DNA from: Callorhinchus milii
Taxonomy: Eukaryota
Direction of reading: 5' to 3'
DNA length: 64,000 nt
Assembly: GCF_018977255.1 (NCBI RefSeq)
Contig: NW_024704742.1
Coordinates: 64,110,001 to 64,174,000, forward strand
Shown here: piece after piece, positions 26,231-38,493 of the stretch
Layout: each line of letters starts with the position of its first letter
Position numbering within the stretch: position 1 is the stretch's first letter
The notes under the pieces: model-generated
Databases searched by the model: none
What the model saw: only the letters and a program-made list of their open reading frames with translations
Told to the model about the DNA's origin: nothing
Made by a program: the position numbers and the translations under genes

Positions 26231-27316
26231 TTGAGGGACTTTGATGAGAGTCAATTAGAGAGAAATTGTTTCTACTGGTCATGAGTCAGTGACTTGAGGG
26301 TATCAATTTAAGATAATTAGCAAACAAACAAATCAGGAGGTAAGAACAATTTTTTTTCATGCACAGATGGTTGGGATATGGAATGCCCTGCAAGAAGCAG
26401 TTGAGGAAAAAAACATTCGTTTTCAAAAGCGAACAACAAAATATCATCAACTTGGATTTATATAGTGCCCCAGGGTAGCAGTCCTGCTAGTGCAGGGTAG
26501 CATCTCAGAGCACTTGCAATTTCACCCACAAAGTACACGATCAGTACACTTTACAGTATATTCTGTGAAGTGCTGTAAATATCTCAAAAGCAGTAAACTA
26601 CAGAGGTATGGGAAAGGGCAGGTAAATGGTACTGAAAATCTAGCTCATATGAGAGCCAGCACAGACACAATAGGCCAAATGCCCTTCTTCTGAGCTGTAA
26701 ATTTTTATGGTTCTAAGTAATTGCTCACAATCATGAATACTTTTGGCTTAAGGACAGCATTTCACTCCAGGCACACTGTGCAATAATTTAGTAACATGGC
26801 TGGCCAAGTGCAATATTACCTTCAGTTGTTAACCTAATGGAATTATTAACTATTAAGCAGAGGGGAGATGAGGAGAATTTGAGGAAAGAATATTCAGCTA
26901 TACCCTGAATGCACACATAATCGTGGAAGCCAGAGTATGCATTCAGGGTGTAGCTGGGTAGGAGTTTGATCAGCTAAAACGCTGCAGCTGTCATTGCAGA
27001 CACTGTCTGGCAAAGCTTCCCACTCATTGTCCAACTAGGAACACCCTGGCCATTAAGGCTCAGTACATTTACGATCCTGTGGATTACATCTTGCCTTCCT
27101 GCCTGCCAGTGATGGTTGATGTACTGATGATTGCAGAATGACTGGTGATTACTGATGACTCAGTGCCCTGAGGCCCTCGGCTTGTGGAAAGGATGTTATA
27201 TAAATGCAAGTTGTTGTTATCGGAGAATCAACTACCCAATTTCTATATGTTCCTGTGGTGAACCTATGTCTTTGAGTTTAGCTGCCCCAATGACAGTCAC
27301 TACACTTCAAAACTAT

Positions 27317-27712
27317 AACAACAACAATCCTTAGATTTGGTAAAGCGCCTTTCACATCAAGCGGATGTGACCAAGCACTTCACAGGATATACTGTAAAAT
27401 TGAGTGACTATGTTTTTTGTGAGTGAACATTGCAACCAATTTGCACGCAGCAATGTCCCACAAACAGCCATGAAATGAATGATTAATTTTATTTGGCAGA
27501 TTGTTGGCCAGGACACCAAGAGAAACTCCCTTCTCTTTTCGAATAGTGCCATGGGATCTCTAATATCCCCGTGAACATGCAGACAGGACCTCAGTTTAAC
27601 GTCTCATCTCATCTGAAGCACAGCACTTCTGACAATGTAAGTTCCTAGTCCCAACAAGGGGTTTTAATAACTTTCAAAAGTGAGAGTCCTACCAATTGAG
27701 CCAGGCTGACAC
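27317..27712 (-). mobile_element. Family-A DeuSINE
   Basis: Homologous to 56-488, 5' end GTGTCAGCCTGGCTCAATTGG. Confidence 0.8.
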
Positions 27713-28535
27713 AAATTATCACTGCGGTTTGAGTTTTTAACGTGACAAGAAGATACGTCAAATTCAGTTTGCATCACTTTGAGTGTTACATTATATGCGA
27801 AATGCCAAGCAACAAACCAGCATGAACAAATGAACTTCAGCAAGGCAAGAAATGTGTAAATGGTGAGATGGAGTTAGCACTTACCGTACTCTCCAGGGTT
27901 CACATTCATGAAAAATTTATCAGCCAGTGCTTAAACCCTGACATTATGCTGAAACAAAACAAGGCAGATTTACCATGACTTTATCATATAGTATATAATA
28001 ATCCTTGCATTTGATATAGCTAGCACCTTATCACATCTTCAAGATGCCTCAAAGTGCTTCACACAATATACTGTAAAGTGAATTTATAATGTAAGTGTTT
28101 AGAAGTTGCAGCTGTGATAATAACAAAAAAAAATTAAACAGTCATTGTCAGCAGCACATCTACCCAGACTGAGCCCACTACATCCTTATTGAAACTGCTC
28201 CGAGGGGAGCTATATAATTACAAGTTGTTTTTGTTATTGTTTTCAATTTAATTATTTCTACGGGTTTTGTGTAGTAAAATATCAACTCAGTCTGAGTTCT
28301 TCATAATGCATTCTGTCATTATTGCTAGTGACCAAATTCTCCCGATTTAGAATTAAAGGTTTCAACAATATCCTTACGATAAACATCATCCGATGTACGG
28401 ATTATTTATTATAGGTTATGCTGGTATATCCTATGTACAGCATGCCTTTCTGTGCCGTTGATAAACCTTGTGTTAATCTGATATTAGTTATATTTCATTA
28501 TATTGTGTTGGCATTTCTTTACAAAATACACTTTA

Positions 28536-28849
28536 TAATAATAATAATCCTTGCATTTGATATAGTGCTTTTCACGTCTTCTAGACGTCCCAAAGCGCTT
28601 CACAGAATATACTGTAAAGTGAATTGACTGTATATTTGTGGGCGAACGCAGCAGCCAATTGCGCACAGCAGTGTCCCACAAACAGTCGTAGATTGAAAAT
28701 GACCAATTTATTATTGTTTTTTTTGGAGGGATTATTATTAGGCTCTGTGTGGAGTAAGGAAACTTGCCCAAGGTTTCGCTCTCTCTGGAATTGAACTCAA
28801 GTCTCTCACTTGCAAAGCGAGCGCTCTAACCACTGAGCTGCAAGACTCC
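28536..28849 (-). mobile_element. Family-B SINE, short form
   Basis: Same structure; TSD ACTTTA at 28530-28535 and 28850-28855. Confidence 0.92.
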
Positions 28850-29729
28850 ACTTTACAGATGTTAATCCGATGTTCCATCTGCCTGTTTGGGTGGATAATA
28901 AAGACCCCTGGGCACTATTCAAAAAAAGAAGAGATTTCTTCCCAATATCCTGGGCAATTCCAGATCTTGGGCTGGGCAGTGATTCTCTGCCATTCACCTC
29001 CTGGGATATTGCTGTGCAAATTGACAACCGCATTCACCTACACATAGACTCATTATACCTAACAGTAATTACTGCAAAGCGCTTTGAGGCATTTTGATTT
29101 ATTAGGCACTATATCAAATGCAAGGAATATCAGTAGCAGTGGTATATACAACTACACGGGCAGACTAAATGTACTATGCCACAAATACCTCCTATAAAAG
29201 CGTCTGAGTTAGTGTAAATATACCACTGCAAAACTCTGAAAGTAACGATTATAAAGTGTAAACTTTATGTTTTGAAGAACAGCAGAAGTCCAACAGCAAT
29301 CATAAGACAATAATTCAATCTTGGGGTTCTGCTTACATTCAAAAAACACTCAAGCTTTGTTACTCTGATATATAGTGTCAGCAATTCCGCTTGATTGAAT
29401 TACAGCCTCATACTTCACTGTCAGTCTTCGATTATCCTGCATGTTGCCTGCTTGGGTCCACTCTGCGTGTTGTAAATCTCAACGATATTGTATTCAAGAA
29501 GGAAGGAATAATAACTCACAAAGGGCCCAAAAGCACTTCTGATCATTAAAGTGAGAATAAAGCCTCCACTATCTTTTATTCATCTAAAGGTAACAAAATT
29601 AACAAGAGCTTCCAGGCGAAGATGAGGAAATGTGATGTTATTCATTTAAATGGCAGTGTCGTGACCGAAGGGAGGCATTTTCAGTGATGGGAATTTCATG
29701 GTGTTAAAATATTTCAATAATTCAATCAA

Positions 29730-30015
29730 AGACTAGAGGGCATGAATTTTTAATAACTAGCAAATGAGCAAATGGAGAGGATTTTTTTTACACAAAGAGT
29801 AGTTAAGATATAGAATGCCCTGCCAGGTGTGGTGGTTCAGGCAGAATCCATATTAGCTTTCAAAAGGAAACTAGATAAATATTTAAAGAGGAGTAAACTA
29901 CAGGGGTACGGGAAAAAACAGGTAAATGTGACTGAAAGGATTGCTCTTTAAAAGAGTGAGCACAGATATGATGGGCCAAATGTCTTTCTTCCCTGCTTTA
30001 AATTTCTATGGTTCT
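29730..30015 (+). mobile_element. CR1-like 3' fragment
   Basis: TTTTACACAAAGAGTAGTTAAGATATAGAATGCCCTGCCAGG and a 3' UTR similar to 26580-26715. Confidence 0.65.
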
Positions 30016-31325
30016 AAGGTTTCAGCTTCAGGAAAGAAAATGGACCATGAATGCTGCTGGAGCGGGAAATATTTTCTGCATCCCATGTCATCTTTTGCAA
30101 ATATTCCCGAGCGCGAAGGTAGGGGAAAATACCATTCGTACGAACGAGACCTTAAAAGTAAAGGATACTAGGATAAGACCCAACCAAACTAAATATATCC
30201 ATTATCAGGGTGGCACAAATTTAATAAGGATGTCAAATACAAGTTCCCTGATGCACCCACTGCACTGTAAAGAACCCAGTTGCAAAGATCATTGAAACAA
30301 CAACTGCTGGTGGCTGCTTTGATGGACTAGGCATCCGGTGTTGGGATGTTGTATTTTCCCAACATTAACATTGTGAAAACCAGCTTTAATTTCAGCCTCT
30401 GTATTTCCAATGCTTGGATCTTCTGTCTTGAAAGGAGGCATCTCGGAGGAGACCTTATAGAGGTATTTAAATTTTTAAATGGGACTGACAAAGGAATACT
30501 TTCAGATGCACCAAGTTATTGAGCAATTTCTTGAGAGGCACCAGGAAGTTTTTCTTTACCTAAAGGGTAATCAGTGACTGAAACAACTTGCTAGGAACAG
30601 TAGTTGAGGCCAGGATGCTGGACTTATTTAAAAAACAGCTTGATGCTGTGATGGGGAACAATCAGGTGTCAGCTTCTCAGTTTGATCATCCACAAGTTAA
30701 TTTTCTAGTGAGATGACATGACACAGTGAACTTATTTATATGTCATTTCAAAGTAACCTCATAGGCAAGAGCAAACAGCAAGGTGGGGCCAGTTTATCTG
30801 GAGGAGGATTCATGCAGATTTACAACATTTTAGAGGGGAAATGTGGTACATTCCATGGTTGTGGCACCTTGTTAAATGCTATGGGCTAAGGTCAAAGGGC
30901 AGAAATCCCAGGATCGGGATCCTGAATGGTAATATTGCCGATGTTGGCACTGATGAGATTTTCCCTATATTAGTATTGTGAACATCACTGCCGGGAACCC
31001 CAGGGTGGAATTTCAGCCTCTTTATTCCAACTAGCTGTACCCATTGCAGCTTCGCTTCCAACCAAAGGATCCAATATGGAATGTAGATTGACACACAGAC
31101 AGACATTTAGCTTCATCTGTACTCAGCTGGGAGGACTTTTGTTGGAGGACTTAGTTCCTCAGTTTCATTTAATGGGCTTTCTCTCTCATGTCTAGCATTT
31201 TTACTTATCCTTGAAAGTTTGATTTTCGTTTAGGCATCTTTATAATAAATATAAATGTGTAATTTATAATCACTGGGACGTTCTCCCGACGGGAAAAGCA
31301 CTTTAAAAAATTTTTTTTGTTGTTG

Positions 31326-31725
31326 CCGCGGCTTAGCTTCGTCTGTGTTCTTTATTTTGTTCCCGCCACCACTTGGCTACGTGTGTGCTCTGTGACACAG
31401 GATGTCACAGAGCCACGGTCAGCCGGCCTGGCCACCAGGTATAACTGCAGTGCATGCGTACATACATACGTGCTCTGTGACGCATGACACAGCGCCACTT
31501 TGACTCGGAGGCCACCAGGTGTAACTGCAGTGACAAACGCAAAACTGAAATAAATCATAAACAATAGAAAATGCCTGAAAACAAATATGCCCATGTCACT
31601 CCCAGTTGCAAGACTTTCCGATGAGGTATAAATCATGTCTCTACATCAATCGTTTATTGAGATTCTTCTTGAAGTGCAGACAGACATTGTCGATTTATTA
31701 GTATAGATAGACGAAGATAGATAGA
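31326..31725 (-). mobile_element. Putative non-autonomous Helitron-like element, copy 2
   Basis: Minus strand starts TCTATCTATACTAATAAA...GTCTGTCTG, contains GGAAAG...GGAGTGACATGGGC and ends in GC-rich GACGAAGC..GCCGCGG. Terminal CTAG is not visible. Confidence 0.55.
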
Positions 31726-31879
31726 AGAGGCTTAGAAATTATGATTTAGAAGTGACAACACTTTTATTTGTCGCCACTCGATTTTTCAAACATATCTTAA
31801 ATACCGTATGAGACAGTTTAAGAATAAAGAAGTCGAACCATGAAAGATTTTATCAAAATGTGTGAACTACAACCATAAA

Positions 31880-32298
31880 TGCTCAATTAGTTGCATTTGT
31901 GGTTGTGGTTCAAGCTCCACATTGTGACTTTGAGCTCACAGTCTAAGCTGACATTCAATGCAGAGCTAGGGGAGTGCTGCATTGTCAGATGAGACATACG
32001 TCTGATGAGATGTTAAACTGAGGTCCCGCCTTTGCCTTTTCAGATGGACATTAAAGATCACGTGGCACTATTCAAAATGAGAAGGGAGTTTCTCCCCACA
32101 TCCCTGCCAACAATACCCACAAAATAAATGTCGTCATTTACTTCATAGCTGTTTGTGCGACATTGCTGGCACAAATTAGCTGCTGGTTCACCTACAAAAT
32201 CAGTGTCAGTGCACTTTACAGTAAAATTGTATCAAGCATTTTGAGACATTTCATTGACATCATAAGGTATTATATCAAATGCAATGATTATTATTATT
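31880..32298 (+). mobile_element. Family-A DeuSINE
   Basis: GATGAGATGTTAAACTGAGGTCCC...GCACTATTCAAAA; (TTA)n tail. Confidence 0.8.
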
Positions 32299-32529
32299 TT
32301 ATGATGCATTAAGAGAAAGTAACTCACAGGACAAGAGAACTAAGTATGCCATTTAACCAGTGACCAGAAATAAATCAAGAAATTGTAACTAGAATTTCAA
32401 GATATAGTGCAGTTACAACATTGAAAATCAGTGGTCTAAGCTTGTTTCCTGACATGCAGGACATAACAATGCTCTAATTATGCATCCTCTCACATAGCAA
32501 ACTCCTCTGTACCATCAACAATAAATAAA

Positions 32530-32904
32530 CCTTATCGCCTCAAGACATCTCAAAGTGAGTCACACGATTTTACTGTAAAGTGTAGTAACTATATGTAGCC
32601 AAACACAACAGCAAATATTGCACAACAACATCCAAACGAACAGCCACGAAGCGAAAAATCAATTTTATGTAGCAGGTTGTTGGCCATTACACCACGAGAA
32701 ACTCCCTTCTCTTATCTTGTTCTGAGGTGGGAGCTCTGTTTAATTTCTTATCCAAAGGATAGCATCTCTGACAATGCAGTGCTCCCCCAATACTACATTG
32801 CAGTGCCAGCCTGAACATTGAGCTCAAAGTGCTAAAGTGGGGCTTGAACCTAAAACCTTCTAATTCAAGAGGCGAGAGTGCTGCCAACTGAAACAGGCTG
32901 ACAC
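32530..32904 (-). mobile_element. Family-A DeuSINE, tail-to-tail with the previous copy
   Basis: Homologous head and Deu text. Confidence 0.75.
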
Positions 32905-34040
32905 AATTCACCCTACAATACATTTCCGTCACTGCTAACCGTGATCTCTCTCATCTATCAAAGTCACCTTGCCTGTCCCCTGGCTCGGCCTCAGGATCCA
33001 CCAATTGTTAAGCACTCTGAGACACCGCACGGCGTGGAAGGTGCTATATAAATGCAAGTTGTGTATCACTGAGATCGTCTACTACATTCTTCTCGACGCC
33101 TCCCATCCCCTCAACAAACTGAGGTTTGCTGCGCAAGCTCTATGCATCCATTACTCACATCCTCCAGCTTCACTGGGCTCTGAATACCTCGATCAATTGA
33201 CCTTATGATCTTTGTCCTGACCTTTAAGTGGCTTCATAGTCTCAGCTCTTATGTAATCTCTTCCAGCAGTATTCTCTTTTCCGTCCCCTCTACTGGTCCA
33301 GTTCTTGTTTATCGCTCGTTCCTCACTCCCTCCATCTTCCCACCAGTGGCTGAACAATTCGCCAGAATGCCACCTACCTTCTAGTGCTCTCTTCCAATAT
33401 CTCTTTGCTTCACTACCTCTCTTCCTGCCTTCAAATTTTGAAAGAAATGTTGACCGCTTTCAATTAACAACCTTGATTTTCTCTTCTATTGTCTGCTCAG
33501 CCCTCCCAGTCATCTTTTGTTCAGAGCTTTCAAGACATTCATCCTACTTGGAAGATCTATATCAGTGCAAGTTGTTACTGTTGATCTGTCTTCTCAGCTG
33601 CGGAGTGAATGTTAACAAGTCCTTTTAGTAGATGATAGCTGCATGACTATTTCTATTACATAATGATGTAATAATAGTAATAAACCTTGCATTTGATATA
33701 GCGCATTATCATATCATCACAGCATCTCAAAGCACTTCACAGAATTTACTTATTTTTAGACAAATGAGGCAGCCAATTTGAGTACAGCCCTGCCCCACAA
33801 ACAGCCAAGATGTGAATGACTCATTTTATTTCAGGAATTGTTGGCCACATCAGTGAGAGAAGATGCCTTCTCTTTTTGAACAGTTCTTTAGCATCCGCCT
33901 GAACAGGCAGACTTGATCAATTAAACATCTTGTTCAAGGGATGGCACCTCTGACAATGCAGGGCACCCCCAGCACTGTATTGTATCATCAGCCTAGACTG
34001 TGAACTTAAAGTCATAATCGATTTGATGGGGGGAAAATAA

Positions 34041-34382
34041 ATAATATGATAATATTCCTTGCATTTGATACAGCGCCTTATCATGTCTTCGAGACGTCTC
34101 AAAATGCTCCAGAGAATGTACTGTGTAAACTGAATTGACTATAAATTTTGTGGACGAGAAGCGTCAGCCAATTGCGCTCAGCAGTGTCCCATAAACAGTT
34201 GTAGATTGAGTGACCAATTATTACATATTTTTTGAAGGAATGATTAACCCCAGAAAAGCAATCCACCAATCGACCAACAATTGGGTTCCTACTTACTGCG
34301 AGGTAAACAGAGGCATGTGGAGTAACAAACCTTACTCTCGCTTGCCAGTCGAGTTCTCTAACCTCTGAGCTACAGGACTTCA
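34041..34382 (-). mobile_element. Family-B SINE, long form, head partly deleted
   Basis: As above. Confidence 0.82.
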
Positions 34383-35748
34383 CAAAGTTAATTAATGTAT
34401 ACCAAGAATAAAAAGCACCAACGTCTGACTTCCCGTCCCTGTTAAAGCAAGCTAAAATTAGAAACCTGATTTCTGTAATATGTCAAATTTAATGGATAAG
34501 AAGTAGCAAAATATCAAGCCGGCACAAACCCCCTGATAATGCTCCCCTGCTTAAGCAACCTAGAATTAGGAACCTTGCTGAGGTCAGAACCACAATGTCA
34601 GTGTGTGGCTTTTGTGTCTGATGCAAACTGGAGAGTTAATTTATACTGTCATCCACAGAACTGAACTCTTTCGGAGCTGAGAGCTTAAATGAATCTGACC
34701 CAACCAGTTTTCGTTACACTAATCACAATTTTCTACTTTGATTCACTGAATTCATATGAATTTAGATGAGTTTAGTTGATCTAGAGAAAGCCATTGAGAA
34801 GGGTTGTCATCTGAAATGAAGTGCAGCTCCATATTATGAGTTCAACTGCCCTGGCATCTAATTGTCCTTGAACTAAGGTATCGTCATTTCTTAGTCACAA
34901 TGCTGACAAAGTTATGGGTTTGTCTTGCATAATAGGAAGATAGATTTGAAACCTCTGATGACATATGTCTGATGACAGCAGTTCACTGTTCTTTCTCATT
35001 TGTTACTAAAGGAAACGGCAGTAGACTTTATCTTAGCCAACAAAGCAAAGTCAGATGGTTTATCAAGAATTTAATCAGCTAAGACTTCCTTATTTACCAA
35101 AATATTGTCAACTCTAACTACTGCATTGGCAGCAGTGATCTACTATGTTTGCAATGATAATTTGTATATATTATTTAGCACTTAGCCTGGGAACACTTGA
35201 ACTGTGCTTTAATCTCTCTAATCTTAGATGCTGCTCTTATATTGCGGGAAGTGTTTAAGAGTTATTCCTGTTTTCAGAGCAGTGCGAGTTCACAACATTG
35301 AATGACGCTGCTTTTTTTACATCCGTGATGAAAATATGGAACAAACTGTTTATTGGGACTACTCCCTATCTTTTTACTAACTTGGGTACTGACTCCCTTC
35401 TGAACTTGATTCTACATCTCCTTCTTCTAGATGGTTTGACATATTATTTAGATTCAATCTGTATGCACTTCTAAGAAACTTGATTAGTTTGATAAGATCC
35501 ACCCTGAACCTTCTTTGTGTGCAAGTTCTTGTTGTTGTGTGAACATTCCCAGCTTTCATGGGCTCTTAGAATTCAGGTGATTAATTCCAGCTAAATCAGA
35601 TTCCCATTTGCTATAATTACCCCCTCCAACATCAAGATGTCCTTAGTGTAACATGGTGACCAGACCGGTACTCAGGATAGAGGCTGACCAGCATCCTGCC
35701 CAAATTCAGCATTAATCCCTATGCCTCTCCTTCACCTGCACATACTGT

Positions 35749-36116
35749 GGAGTCGCATAGCTCAGTGGTTAGAGCACTCAACAACAACAACAACAACAAG
35801 CAAGCGAGAGATCTGGGTTCGATTACTGGAAGAATGAAATGTTGGACAAGTTTCCTTATTCCACACGCCTCTGTTTACCTAGCAGTAAGTAGGAACCTGG
35901 TTGTTAGTTGATTGGCGGATCGCTTTTCTGCGGGGTAATAATTTTTAAAAAATTGGTCACTTCAATCCACAACTGTTTGTGTGTCGCTGATGTGCACAAT
36001 TGGCTGCCACGTTTCGCCCACAAAATATACAGTCAATTCACTTTACAGTATATTCCGTGAAGCACTTTGAGACGTCTCAAAGACATGATAAGGCGCTATA
36101 TCAAAAGCAAGTATTA
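35749..36116 (+). mobile_element. Family-B SINE, long form, with (CAA)7 in the anticodon arm
   Basis: Head, central CTGTTTACCTAGCAGTAAGTAGGAACC, tail. Confidence 0.88.
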
Positions 36117-37418
36117 ATATTTAAGATCCCATTTGCTTGGCTTTTTTTTACTATTCTGCACACTGATGGTTTCAGCCGATCTGTCCACTGTTGTCCCCCA
36201 AATCCAGCAATCTGTCAGGGCCTCAGATCCTATCTGAATCCTTGCCATAACAACTGGCTGATCACTATTCCGGGGTTAATAATCCCTTCAAAACAAAAAT
36301 AAATTAAAAAAAATAATTTGTTCACTCAATCCACAAATGTTTGGTGATGTTGCCATATAAAGAAAATCTAATGTAACCTTAGAAACCATGCAAATAACAC
36401 TTTCTTTGTGAAGCTTCAGTAATTTGACCCAAAAGTTGATTTTAATTAATTAAATTCCACACAAACATTTCTATAGTAAAATCAAAACAAGGGCATGATA
36501 TGATACTAGGGATGTTGAATGGTAAAAAAACCACACATAAAAGCTATGGCACCAGCACCATACAAAGAAATCACTGAACACTTTACCTTGTGTGTTTGTC
36601 AGGAACCGGACTATACATGACCTTACATCTGTACTGCCCGGGTTGAATTGAACCATACCTCATCATAACAATAGTAAGAAGAATGATAATGCTTGCATTT
36701 GATATAGAGCCTTATCACGTCATCAAGATGTCTCAAATTGCTTCACAGAATATATTGTAGAGTGACTTCTGTACTTTATGGACAAAAACGCAGCAGCCAA
36801 ATATGCAAAGCAGTGTCCCACAAACTGTTGTGGATTGAGAATACCTACTTCAATTAACAGGCATCTTCTTAGCACAAATTATAATGGCTAAAACTGAATA
36901 ACTGTCATAACAATGCATAAATAATGTGCATGGCTGTTTTGGGAACACTGCTTTATGTAAATTGGCTGCAGTGTCTACCTACAAAATACTCAATCCTTAT
37001 ATTTTACATTTACCTCTGTGCAGCTCTTTGAGACGCTTTAACGTTATATAGTCGAAGCTATATGACATGCAAGGATTCTTCTTTCATCCTCTCTACTAAC
37101 ATCCTCTCTGTGTTGATATTCAGGCTCTCTGCACTGTCTCAAACTAATTTTTTTCCTCAAGAACACAATATACATAGTCACTATACTTTTCAGCAAGACC
37201 CCATGAAGCACTTTGAGATTTTTTGATGACATGTTAAAGCAGTATATCAAATGCAAGTTATTATTATGATGATACCATCATGGACTCTATCATCAATTTA
37301 ACCTGATTTATTGGTTTAACGGCTGCAGTATCTGACACGACATGTCTGCAGTGTTCCTTATGATCCCTGAACTCCAGTGGCAATAAATTTCATAGGACTG
37401 CATGATTAGGGCAAGACT

Positions 37419-37424
37419 TTTATT
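37419..37424 (-). promoter_or_regulatory. Candidate adra2c polyadenylation signal AATAAA (a second one at 37307-37312)
   Basis: First TTTATT seen on the + strand when scanning downstream of the stop codon. Confidence 0.35.
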
Positions 37425-37865
37425 ACTATTATTAATAATGATATTAATATCATTACCAAATATGGATCATTATCAAAGCATTATATGAATTTCAGTTTCA
37501 TCATTAATAAATCAGTTTACACCAGTGGTGAGAGATAGAGCGAGAGAGAAAAAATATATATATATATCGACGAAATAACATTTCCAAATAATGTGAGACT
37601 GTCAAAGTCAGATGTTACACTTTGCAAACTGGTTGCCTCCAACCCAAAGTGTTCGGAATGAAAGGGAATCGTACGCCTTAACTCACCCGGAATTGACACA
37701 CAAATCCCACAATTAGACACACACGTATCTCAGACCAGTCACTCAATTTGCCATTGCTTTACCAATCATTTATAAGGTAATAAAGCCTCTGATGGTCACA
37801 CAGCTCTGTTTTTGTGAGTGTGTGTGTGTGAGAAAGAGAGCGAGAGACAAAAATATGGTACTCTC

Positions 37866-38432
37866 TGTGTGAGAGAGAAAGAGAGAGGGAAAGGAAGTAA
37901 AGTGGTGCTGTAGGTGTGAGAGAGAGAAAGAGAGGGAAAGGAAGTAAAGTGGTGCTGTGGATGAGAGAGAGAGAGAGAGAGGGAAAGGGAAGTAAAGTGG
38001 TGCTGTAGGTGTGAGAGAGAGAGAAAGAGAGAGGGAAAGGGAAGTAAAGTGGTGCTGTAGGTGTGAGAGAGAGAGAAAGAGAGAGGGAAAGGGAAGTAAA
38101 GTGGTGCTGTAGGTGTGAGAGAGAGAGAGAAAAAGGAAGTAAAGTGGTGCTGTGGATGAGAGAGAGAGAAAGAGAGAGGGAAAGGGAAGTAAAGTGGTGC
38201 TATAGGTGTGAGAGAGAGAGAAAGAGAGAGGGAAAGGGAAGTAAAGTGGTGCTGTAGGTGTGAGAGAGAGAGAGAGAGAAAGAGAGAGGGAAAGGGAAGT
38301 AAAGTGGTGCTGTAGGTGTGAGAGAGAGAGAGAAAGAGAGAGGGAAAGGGAAGTAAAGTGGTGCTGTAGGTGTGAGAGAGAGAGAGAAAGGGAAGTAAAG
38401 TGGTGCTGTAGGTGTGAGAGAGAGAGAGAGAG
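37866..38432. repeat. Minisatellite, 11 units of about 41-58 bp: constant core GGAAGTAAAGTGGTGCTG(T)AGGTGT plus variable (GA)n
   Basis: Eleven copies of AAGTAAAGTGGTGCT counted. Starts about 60 bp after the adra2c stop codon. Confidence 0.95.
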
Positions 38433-38493
38433 ACAGAGAAAGACAGAGAGGGGAAAGGAGGGGAGTGGGGGTCGAAAGAGAGGCAAATACTGA

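Larger units (their letters stand above)
25320..26715 (+). mobile_element. Old CR1 3' fragment split by nested insertions (host parts about 25320-25463 and 26231-26715)
   Basis: GTGCAGAGGAGATTTACTAGGATGATAC and AGATTGAGAGGTGAACTGATAGAG match the CR1 ORF2 end; resumes at 26231 and ends in a CR1-like 3' UTR. Confidence 0.7.

Noticed and set aside
37866..38432. CRISPR-like array (constant core with variable gaps)
   Set aside because: The gaps are (GA)n microsatellite, not unique spacers; no cas genes; eukaryotic context.
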